DNA of 64,000 nucleotides. It comes from Heterodontus francisci. Lineage: Eukaryota. Positions 53,418 through 64,000 of the stretch are shown in pieces (within the stretch, counting starts at the first letter, position 1; every line of letters starts with the position of its first letter). The notes below the pieces were generated by a model that was given only the letters and a program-made list of their open reading frames with translations, did no database searches and had not been told where the DNA came from. The stretch is from positions 139,042,685 through 139,106,684 of the forward strand of contig NC_090374.1 of assembly GCF_036365525.1 (NCBI RefSeq), read 5' to 3'. The position numbers were made by a program, and so were the translations under genes.

Positions 53418-54269
53418 GTCTGAAGAGAAACCTAATTGCTGTGGACTGGTGAAACTTGGTAGGGGCAATTTTCAATTGTCACCTGCCTGATCCCCACCTA
53501 ATAAATGGGTATCTAGTAGTCAAAAATCAGGGGACAGGGGTAACTCGACACCCTTGGAGGCCCAAGGGCAATTTGATGAAATTTTCAGATGGGCCTATAA
53601 ATGAACATACAGCATGCTGGCCTGAGGCAGTTAAGAAGCTACTTACATAGATAACTCAGGATCCAATGCAATTCTTCAGTACAAATAGGTGGAGTGTTTG
53701 CTATGCATATTCTGCCAATTTGTATCTGCTGGTGTGGCCGAACCAGCAGACTGCAAAAGAAAAGGCTGAGAAATGTTTCTGATGGGGGGAATTTTTGTGG
53801 GCCCAGGAAGACCAGATTTGGCTACATCACATCAGGGCTTGCTCTCCTCTGCCAAAACTGTTCAATGCTCCAAAATCATCCTCAGCAGAATGAGAGATCA
53901 AATATATTCTCACTACTCCAACCCAACACACCATTATGCCAATTTGTAACTACATTAAAGTTAGACCAGTTACACCAAGACAAGCACAAACTTAGCACAT
54001 TTCAAAGACATTGATTTTTATTCCCCCCCAAAGGAGTAGTGCAGCCAAAATCAATGCCTAACAAAATGCACCCTATAATGCTGATTCACGAGCAATGTTT
54101 CTGTTGCTCTTCTTACCCTTCTCTTCTTTTCCCTAATTAGACACAAAAATAGGTCAACTTATTCAGTCACAATAAGTATGCCAATTTATAAATTTGTAAA
54201 TAGTACTTTAAAAAAGAAAAAAAAAACTAATTGTGTCTTTCATCCACAATTTGAATCTGAAAACCATAG

Positions 54270-54447
54270 TTAGACAGTGTAGTGATGTATTAAAGGGAAA
54301 GCTAGATAAGTAAATGAGAGAGAAAGGAGAAGAATACATTGATAAAGTTGGATGAAGAGGGATGGCAGGAGACTTATGTGGAGCATAATCACCAGCATCG
54401 ACCTGTTGGGCTGAATGCCCTGTTTCTGTGCTGTAGCATTCCATGTA
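54270..54447 (+). mobile_element. CR1 3' UTR fragment
   Basis: ctgttgggctgaatgccctgtttctgtgctgta. Confidence 0.7.
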
Positions 54448-55119
54448 ACAATGTGAGCAGTGCTCTGGCATAGTGACAGGGATAAAACCAGCTCAAAGGA
54501 AACTAAAAAATAAGGAAGAACAGCAAATGGACCAATAGTACAGCCGAGCCCTACCCTCCATTTGTTCATTAGCAACCTTGCCCTTTGCCCTTGAATCCTG
54601 GTTTAAGATTTGTTCGTGCTTTCACCATATAGAATATTGTGTTACTGCCAATAGCATTGCCACTCCTTCCCACTGCTGAATGAATCACAACTCTCTTTGT
54701 TTGGTGGAGTGCAACAATATTCATATTGTAACGTGATCTTCACATAACTGTGCATAATCAATGTGCTGGAGCTTGATCATGTCTGTTGACTGAAATGTTA
54801 ATGATTTCACAGAGAAAAGGGATCTGCTAACAGCTTGACCATATTGAACACCGATGATTTGCAAGTTGAATGATTTCCATTTGTGGACAGTCTTCTCTTG
54901 GTTCACTTCACTAATCATCCACATTAAGCAGAATTTTTAAGCTGTTCAGACCGAGATAGTCATTCAACAATGTCCACCAGAAGAGCAGTTTACATTTGCT
55001 GCGATTTTGACTAAAAAGCCAATTTTCTCATAAAGTAGGCTTGATAAACAGGTGAGCAACACTAGTAGAAAGTGCAACTGCCCTTTTGCCATTTCTTGTC
55101 CTCCAGTGCCTGCATTCTA

Positions 55120-55552
55120 TATCAAGTTAAGTCCCACTCGTCTATCATCCTTCTCTTTACTGTCATCCACTGGTTTCCCATCCCTCAGTGCACTGTCTTC
55201 GAAATCTTCATTCCTGTTTATGAATCCTTCATGGTGTCATGCATCTGACCTCTGCAACTCCTCCAGTTCTGCCTTCCAGCTCGCATCCTGCACTCCTGAC
55301 TGAATCTGGACTACTTTGCATTGCCCCATCCTTTCACCATTATTGGCAGAGATGATCATGACTCTGTTCTATGGAATTCTCTTCTCAAATCCCCTCTATC
55401 TTGTCTATTTCTCCCAACCTTTAAAAACCTTCTCAAAACCTACCTCCTCTAATTCTTCTCCTAATTCCTGTTTGGTGTCTGGATCTCTTCCCTTTGCAAA
55501 GTGCCTTGGAATGCTTTGCTAAGGTTCTTTAAATGTAAGAAGTTGTTGTTCT
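55120..55552 (+). mobile_element. L2 LINE 3' fragment
   Basis: HWFPI...FEIFIPVYESF resembles the L2 LHWLP..RI.FK motif; (gtt)n tail. Confidence 0.55.
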
Positions 55553-55607
55553 ATCTTCACTGTAATTTCCGACTAAATTGTGTGAAAGGCAATAACATCA
55601 AAATAGC

Positions 55608-56987
55608 TGTTACAGTCAAGTGAGGAGGGGTCGAGGGGCTTCCCTCTTTTTCCCTCTCCTTGTTTGACCACAACAGGTTTAATTCTGTCTCAAAGTGGAT
55701 ATACTGGCCAATTCAGTAGGTGTTTGATTACTTACTTGCTATGATCATAACAAGAACCAATCGGACAGGTTTTCTTGAGTTTAACAAAGGAAGAGGTTAA
55801 CTTTATTGTACCTAAACTGAACTGGAACTCACTGCCCTAAAGGGTAGTAGAGGCAGAAACCCTCAACTCATTTAAAAGCTGTCTGGATATGCACCTCAAG
55901 TGCTGTAACCTGCAGGGCTACTGGAAAGTGCGATTAGTCATAAAGTCAAAGAGAGATACAGCACTGAAACAGGCCCTTCGGCCCACCGAGTCTGTGCCGG
56001 CCATCAACCACCCATTTATACTAATCCTACATTAATCCCATTTCCCTCTCACATCCCCACCTTCCCTCAATTCCCCTACCACCTACCTACACTAGGGGCA
56101 ATTTACAATAGCCAATTTACCTGTCAACCCACAAGGCTGGGTGGCTCATTTTTCGGCTAGCGCAGACACAATGGGCCAAGTGGTCTCTTTCTGTGCTATA
56201 AGCTTGCTATGATCCTATGATTCTAATGAAAATAATAAACTACACGCCAACTTTCACTCACACACACACATTCGAGGTTTACACGCACAAAAATTAGTTA
56301 CAGAGTGGGGAAAGGTAGATTGGTTGAGTTAGAGTCCATTGAAAAAAGGGGTATACCGTCTGTGGCCTTTGGTTTGGCTGGCTTCTCACTGAATTCAGTG
56401 GTCCTGAAGCTTTTCGTTTGAAGAGGTAGATGACTGGTTCAATGAGTCTCTTGGAGACAGCGATGCGGATGATTTCCTGCAACGGGGTTTCTGATTGTAG
56501 CTGGAATATGCAAAGGTGGTCAGTCAACAAGCAGGATTTGAAGCTTTCAAGCTGGAATGGAGTGATAGAGGGAGGGTCTCCAACTTGGGTCTACGCGGGC
56601 CAGAGTCCAGAAGCTTCTTCTCTGCTGCAGAGAAGCACAAGTTTAAAACCACAGATGGGGGGGGGGGGGGGGGCTTGTCACATGACAGTCCTTCAAGCAT
56701 AGTAGTTAGCAGCATTTCTTCTTGCTAAAAGAAAAATAACAAACAGTTTCCTTAAACTTCTTGGGTCTTGGTTCTTGCTGGGAAGTGAGCAGACATTTTG
56801 TCTCCCTCCTCACCATCCTTTGCAATGTAGGCTACAGTGTTGCAAATCAGATGACCATCCTAAGCTGCCAGCAAAGTCATCCTTTTAGCTGTTCTTTTTT
56901 AAAATATCTTTAAAAAATTTATATATTCAGATCTCCAGTCAGTGAATTAAAGAAAATTATCATTCAACAAAGTACATTGGCGTGACA
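55608..56987. repeat. Probable solo LTR containing a CR1 tail (~55820-56225), which itself contains a SINE 3' piece (~55950-56135)
   Basis: TGTTAC...GTGACA termini with flanks tagc/taga. The nested pieces match CR1 and SINE copies elsewhere in the window. Confidence 0.55.
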
Positions 56988-57349
56988 TAGATCTCTTTAA
57001 GGCTAAGCAAACACAAAAGGGTACATTTTTGTCTTCACTGCATAGGAAGAAATCTGACGGAGTGCATTTTCCAGCTGTTATAGACTCTGACTGATTTTCA
57101 TTACACTGGTTAGATTTTAATTCCCAGCAGGAGTTGTGCGGGTAGGGGCTAATATAGACCAGAAACCATCTAGCCTTCCACAGTATAAGGCCTGAAATAT
57201 TTTAATTCCTTGATCTTATCTGCATGGGCCATATTAGTCTCCCACCTGAATCCAAAATGTTAACTGGCAGGCAGGTGGGTCGAGGGTTTTGGGTGGCAAG
57301 ATGAAACGTCACCAACAGTCAATTAAGTGCTTAGCAGGGAGGGGGGGAG

Positions 57350-60300
57350 GTCCAAAGTTTCCTTCTGGATGAGCATGAGGGCAAATAGAAGAGAAGCCAG
57401 AGAAAGATGTGGGTTTAGGTTAAGGTGGGGATATTGGGGCAGAGATTTGGCTTAAAAGGCAAAAAGAAAGGGAAAAGCAGTAGAAACAACTGACTGATGG
57501 TCTCAATGTTTGTAACAAAGAAGTCCATGAGCTGATTGCAATTGTTGCTGAAGGTGATGTTGTAGCTGGCAGAGGAAAGATGTTTCAGAAGATGGTTGGT
57601 AGTGGAAAAAAGAAGCTGGGGTAAACTTTGCTGTCCAGTGCGATCAAGGAGTAGCAGATGGTTTTAACTTAATAGAACTTTATATGTTCTACTCAGGTCC
57701 AGTAAAAGATGGCTAAACCAGTTGTGCACCAAAGATAGTCAAGGCTGCTCCCTATCGGAGTTGAGCAAGTGAAACTGGAGACAATACTGGGGAAATGACC
57801 ATGAACCAAAAGCTTGGCAAGAAATTTGTAAGAAACAGCTTTGTCAGTGATCAAAACCAGAAGAATAGAGAAGCCACAGCTGGTACAAAGGCTGAGGGAG
57901 CGGCCATGAATATGAGTTAGAAAGGTTTTATGGAGGGAGAGATTTAAGGATGACTGGAGGGCAGTGAATTCAAAGAAAAAATGGCAAAGGGAGTTGAGAT
58001 GGATAATGAAAGAATTGAGGACGAGGCGTTGTTCAGTGCCAAGGCTGAGGAGGAAAGGAGGGAGGATATCTTGGGGAGGAACTCAAAGTGGGCTTTGGGG
58101 TCACTGTAAAAAGGATTTTACAGGAGAGGTGAGAAGGGAGGAACAATGTGATGTGCTCGAAGGAGGAGATGGTGTCAGAGGAGTAGGGGAAAAGACCAAG
58201 TTGTGACTTGACGATAAGGCATACCAACAACATGGCAGTGTGGATGGGCCAGGTGACAGAAAGGGAAGGCTTTAATAGAGACAATGGGCTGGATTTTTGA
58301 GCCCTCTCCATCACCACGTCAGGAACCGGGGGAGGGGGCGGGAGGGTGCCCGAAAACACAAACGCCAGCCGGCGTGCAAGCTTTGATATGCAGTTTACAG
58401 CGCCAGAAATGCTCACTCGGGCGGGGGAGGGTGGGATAGTGATCTGGTCCATCTCCCAATTGAGGCCAATTAAAGTACTTGAGAAGGTCGTTAAAAGCTT
58501 GTTAGAAGCGAAGGTTCAAATTTTGAAGGGGGCGCAACGATTTCATGCACTGTCCATTGCTGGCGAACTGAAGGGATGCAGGTACAGATTGGGAACCCAG
58601 TCATTTCTGCTCCAGGGAATTACCCTAGCCACATAGGAGGGTCAGCGGGGCAAAGGGGGACTCAGCATTTGGAAAGGAAGTGCACTTGGCGCTGCGTAAG
58701 TGGTGGGGAAAGTGGGCTCTCAGCACTCAGGCATTGAACAGGGTCGTCACTCCCCTGGTATCGCAGCAGCAGCAGGATAGCAGGGGACAAGGCTGCCATT
58801 CACAATAGGGCAGTCACCTGTCCAAAAGCTGGCAATAGGGGCATGACTGTCAGATTTTGGGCTCAGTGGTGATGAGGGGGCAATATCATCCACAGGTAGG
58901 CCATACCGTCACCACAGGATCTACCGCCGAAGACAGAGCTACCTGGAGATGACATCTGCGACTCAGTGCCACAGGAGAGTGCAACTCTCCAGGCAGATGG
59001 TCACCGACATCTGTGGACTTTTCGCCGATGTCCTCACACCTTGCAACACTGGTCGCCATGCTCTGCTAGCAGCTGCCAAATTCACTGTGACCTTGAACTT
59101 CACTTCTGGCTCCTTCCAAGGTTCAACTGCCAACTGTAGTGGCATCTCGCAAGTGTCTGCACACCACTGCATTTCACAGGGTACTGATATCCTCTTTGCC
59201 AGAGCTGGACAGTATATTCATTTCACGGCAGACGCAGCCTCGCAGGGACAGAGGCATTGAGTTTTGCCGCAATCAATGGATTCCCCCAGGTGCAGACTAT
59301 CATCGATTGCTCCCATGTGGCACCGAGTGACCGGCCAGTGAGATTCGTCAACAGGAACGACTTCCACTCCTTCAACATCCAACTTGTCTGTGACCACAGC
59401 AAGAGCTTCCACCATGTGTGCACTGGATTTCCTTTATCCTCCACTAGTCCAGGCTGCCTCAGATCTTCACTCCAACCCCCTAAGTGTGTGGATGGATCCT
59501 AGGGGACAAGGGATATTCCTTGAAGAGATGGCTACTCATCTGTCTATGGAAGCTCCAGACAGAGGCACAGAGGCATTACAACCAATGCCACCTGCTCACT
59601 AGGACAAGCATTGAGCAGGCCATTGGACTTTCCAAGATGCAATTCCTGTGCCTGGGCTGTTCGAGCGGCACCCTTCTATACCCTGCTGCAGAGGTCTTGG
59701 TCGTTGTGGTGGACTGTTGCGTTCTCCATAACATGGCCCTCCAGAAAGGTATGGACCTTGAGGACCCTGAGGTCCTTAAAGAAGACAGTTCATCATAGGA
59801 GAAGCAGCAGGTGAGACAGAAGGAGGAAGTGAAGGCAGAGGGAGGTGATGCTGAACAGAGAGGTGCCCGATTGCACAGCAAGGTGACTGGGCATAGCTCA
59901 GGGCGTGAAAGTCTCATGAGGATGTCATGAATGTCAGGGATCTCCTGATCTAGGAACGCTTCAGCTGAGCCTCTCTAACCCTGGTTGATGGGCATTGCAT
60001 GGAAGAGCGTCTGAGATACCTGTGCTCATACATGCATGGAAGACACAACCTGGAACAACAAATCACTTACTGCCATGAAGGAAGCACATCTACCCATAGG
60101 CTTTGTCCTCACCTTGGAGGATCCCATTATATCTTTCACCACCTCACAACACTTTTCCTGTCACTACAGCAATAAAAGCAATCCCAGACATCTGGCTTAA
60201 AGTGTTGATCATTTGTAATAGAGGAAGCCAGTAGATACAAACAGTAAGAACACTGCCCAGTGACCCACTCAGTGCTCTGCATGATGCACTGGTCTCCTCC

Positions 60301-60990
60301 TGCCACCGTCTGGGAAGAGGACCTCCCTCCTCTCTTTCACAGCCTCTAATATTAGATCAGGGTTGATATCAATGAACCGGGGGACAGCCTACCCGAGGTG
60401 CCAGGCCTCCGGCTCTCCTGACTCTTCTTGCTTTCCACTCGTGCTGTGGAAGGCTTTGGCACAAACTGTAGCTCGCTCCCTCAGGACAATCAGCAGCTTC
60501 AGTGGTGGCTGCCGTGGGGAGTCTAAATAAGTCCCCGACTTCATATGATCCACCTCCGTTCCCACCCCACTGGCTCTAAGTGGGCAGAGAACCCGACTTC
60601 ATATCAATTAAAGGCTTACCCCTGTGAAAATCGTGACTTTAATTAGTTTCCCACTACAGGTGGGCTCCTGACCTGAAAACAATCTCCAATCCTGTTTCCC
60701 GACTCTGTGGCGAAAATTCAGCTCAAAGTGTCACCACCCATGGGTCAAATTTTAGTCAAAGCCAAGAAAGTAATACCATCATCCACGATGACGATATTCT
60801 GGAAAGAAATGTGGAGAGGGGGATATTTGATCCACTGGCATAGTCCAATGGGGTTGTGGTCAGTGAACTGGGAAGGATGGAAAGGAAGTTGGTGAAGATT
60901 AGCACCCAGTGAGTGGGAAGGTCAGTGAGAGAGGAGGATGGGCAGTTGAATTGTTGATTGTATGGAGCTAAGGCTGTGTTGTCTATGGTA
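57350..60990 (-). mobile_element. Old L2-like endonuclease region, interrupted by the Harbinger element at 58286-60724
   Basis: Purine-rich plus strand; minus-strand SSFEHITL and related APE-like remnants on both sides of the insertion. Confidence 0.45.
58286..60724 (+). mobile_element. Harbinger element with TIRs and transposase pseudogene (~58900-59970)
   Basis: TIRs gggctggatttt / aaaattcagctc; SGSFQG..GISQ, IDCSHVAP..NRNDFHSFNIQLVCDH, ILGDKGY and CCVLHNMA. Confidence 0.88.
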
Positions 60991-62719
60991 GATTTTTTTT
61001 ATGTCACAGAAGAGAAACCTGTGCTGACATGTGCTCTTATGCTTCATGCAGTAAATGCTGTCTTAGGATCCTTCACTCTGTTGTGTTGCCTGCCCCTGCC
61101 ACCCCATCTCTCACATCATAGTGCCATATCTACTTCTGAGAATCCCTGACTGTGGAAAAGTGGTCTGAAAATTTACTGGTGGTCTGACCCTGTAAGAAGT
61201 ATTCAGAAGCAAGTGGACATGACTGTGGGTATAATGGCAAAAAATGAGAAATGACTTAAAAAGAAATTCCCAGCTGCAGAAATCTGTATTCAAAGGTCTC
61301 CAGACACTACAGTATCAATAACACTGCTCTTGCTTATATTAGTTGATCCAGGCAGTTCTTGTGAATCATATATCTCAGTCTAATTTACACGATAACAGTG
61401 CAAACCCAAAATATCCGGAACATTAACAAACCATGCTCTCACTTTGACACATGCGGGCAGACTGTGAAAAGGCTCAGAAATGTGAGAAAATTCAGGTGAA
61501 GTGTTTTAAAGGTGAAAACGGTCGAAATTGGCATCCACTTGAACTTCCTTGCGAAATAAATAAAATTCTTGTACCATGCCTGCATGGTAAGTGTACCAAA
61601 AATAGCAAGGAAATTCACCTTTAACTATCGTAATTTGTTATTTGACTGGTCAGCAGGAGTGAGAATACTTGCTACAGTTTATTATCCCATTTATTTCTCA
61701 GTGTTCTAATTCAGTTTTTAATTACCTCAAGATCATACTCAAAGGACCAAACACATACCAAAGGAGGAGGAATAAGAATATTTTGAAAATATATGCCCTT
61801 TCTCTGATTTCACATTTGTTTTAAGTATGTTAGTCTGAGCAGCCATTTGCAGGCAACTGCTGTTAACCTTTAAATGCCTTTTAAATGGATAGAAGTTAGT
61901 TTCAAAGAAGATCTGTGCTACACTAATAATAGTGGAAAGGAGTAAAAGGTAAAGTAAAGCCAGGTTTGAGGATGTTGCTCCTGCAAACACTTATAAATGG
62001 GGTTCAATAGTGCAGAGAATGATTTTTGGATCAGAGGGACAACCTAAAAATCTATACTTCATTTGGCAGGATATCTTTGAAGAATGAATGCTGTTTTCAA
62101 TCTCACTGCACCAGATGTGAAGTAGGGAAGACATATTTTTAGCCTTAAAAAATTACCCAGGTTAAGAACCCATAGCAAGAATGCACACTACAGTACACTT
62201 GAGATGGGCATAGGTATGTTGACTTTATCAACCATTTGTTAGTCAGCGTGTAGAACAATAGAGAAAATCATGTCAAAACCTTTCTGTTTGCAGCAATGAT
62301 TAGTCATAAGTGCAAGGGTAGAAAGATGATGTTCATTAGTACCATCATTCTACACCCACGCAAGTGCAGAGGCACACTCCACAAAGCATTTAGATATTGA
62401 GGAACAGAAAGCACCACATGTGACACAACAGGCAAATATTGATGCAGGTCAGTGTCTGGGATGTTCTGCCTGAACATCCAGCAGACGCACGGCTATCAGG
62501 AACTTGCTGTGGGGTTTGAAAAATAATTCATGGTTTTTTTGTATCCAAAAGCATTGCATGGAATTAAGAGTTCAGGCAGAATGTGAAACTTAGATCAGAA
62601 ATTAGGAATGTCTAAGAACTGTGGAAAATACAAGTGTAATGTGGAAGCAGAATAGTATGCCACTATTAATAGCTGATGGGTGTTGTTGCTTCTCAATTAT
62701 GTTGTACTATACTATGCGA

Positions 62720-63300
62720 TGTCTCAACGCAATCCATCTTCGCTGTCTACGGAGAATCCTTGGCATCAAGTGGCAGGACCGTATCTCCAACACAGAAGTC
62801 CTCGAGGCAGCCAACATCCCCAGCATGTATGCCCTACTGAGCCAGCGGCGCTTGAGATGGTTTGGCCATGTGAGCTGCATGGAAGATGGCAGGATCCCCA
62901 AGGACCTATTGTACAGTGAGCTTGTCACTGGTATCAGACCCACTGGCCATCCATATCTCCGCTTTAAAGATGTTTGCAAACGCGACATGAAATTGACCAC
63001 AAGTCATGGGAGCCAGTTGCCAGCGATCGCCAGAGCTGGCGGACAGCCATAAAGACGGGGCTGAAGAGAGGCGAAACAAAGAGACTCAGCAATTGGCAGG
63101 AAAAGAGATAGCAGTGTAAGGAGAGAGTCAACTGTGTAACAGCCCCGACAACCAACTTTACCTGCAGCGCCTGTGGAAGAGTCTGTCACTCTAGAATTGG
63201 CCTTTATAGCCACTCCAGGCGCTGCTCCACAAACCACTGAGCACCTCTAGGTGCTTACCCATTGTCTCTCGAGACAAAGAGGCCAAAAGGAAGGAAAGGA
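62720..63300 (+). mobile_element. RTE LINE 3' fragment, same family as 33251-36670
   Basis: HLRCLRRILGIKWQDRISNTEVLEAANIPS; closely similar to 36200-36670. Confidence 0.9.
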
Positions 63301-63319
63301 TACAAGGCATATAATTCAA

Positions 63320-63900
63320 TGCATAACAAAATTATTCATCAAGATGTGGCAACTATGTCTTTTCTGTGTCACTTCATTATCTGAAGCTTCAGAATCTTCT
63401 TCATATGTGCCCAGCTCCAGCTGTGATGTATCACTAAGGGGAATGCTGCTTTTCTTTGCAATGTTGGTCAACAGGCAACAGACTGCTATAGTTTTTCTGA
63501 CACGTTCAGGAGCATATTGCAAAGCACTTCCTGACTGGTTGAGGCAGCCTTTGCATTGCTTCAGCTCCTTAATATTCCATCTATCACAGTTTTTGCTCTG
63601 ATGTGTCCTTCAATTAACTATTCTCCACAGCAAAATAAGAATTTCTCCATGGTGACATGAACTATTTTAACAATTTGTATCTCAAAAACCATCCTTACAT
63701 GCTGCTATCTGTACTAAAAAATAAGGAACTCTCAATATTGTGACAAAGTAAAGACATCAGGTGAAATGCCAGGAAACTAAGAATTTATGTGCTGGCAGAA
63801 TTAAACATCTCAAAATTTGTTATGCACATGTTCTACATTTATTAAAATCAACAATTTTTCAAGATAGGATTCAATAATTTGCAGCCACATCAAAGGAAAC
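63320..63900 (-). pseudogene. Very old AT-rich Harbinger transposase remnant
   Basis: CLNQSGSALQYAPERVRKTIAVCCLLTNIA followed by an acidic tail, matching the HARBI1-type C-terminus. Confidence 0.65.
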
Positions 63901-64000
63901 TTCCATGGCCTCTCAATTGCTGGAATATTTCACAGATTAAACAGTCATTCAGAGCTAAGAGCATAGATCTATATACATTCACTGAGAGGCAGCATCACGG

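Noticed and set aside
61451-61586. Short open frame ending at a strong gtaagt donor
   Set aside because: No convincing acceptor or promoter, and no recognisable homology.

Overview
This is eukaryotic, repeat-saturated, apparently intronic or intergenic vertebrate DNA. HE1/V-SINE-like SINEs together with CR1, L2-group, RTE, Penelope and Harbinger elements point to a cartilaginous fish (inference). No intact host gene is recognisable, and most ORF-track entries are pieces or antisense shadows of decayed transposons. The standout is a ~4.6 kb Gypsy (Mag-like) LTR retrotransposon on the minus strand (11941-16553) with two LTRs, a TGG-starting PBS, a PPT, a 5-bp TSD, gag with zinc knuckles and an aspartic protease. 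Its RT/RNaseH/integrase core is replaced by ~660 bp of an intronless Myc-family cDNA (MBIII, EEIDVV, QQHNFA, NLS-like segment, bHLH-zipper), fused in frame to the protease linker and followed by the integrase C-terminal tail. This resembles gag-myc capture by acutely transforming retroviruses, but in an LTR retrotransposon. This copy is now decayed. The window also shows deeply nested insertions, three LINEs of different clades with 5'-inversion-like structures, several Harbinger transposase and Myb/SANT remnants, and MITEs. All translations and alignments were done by eye.
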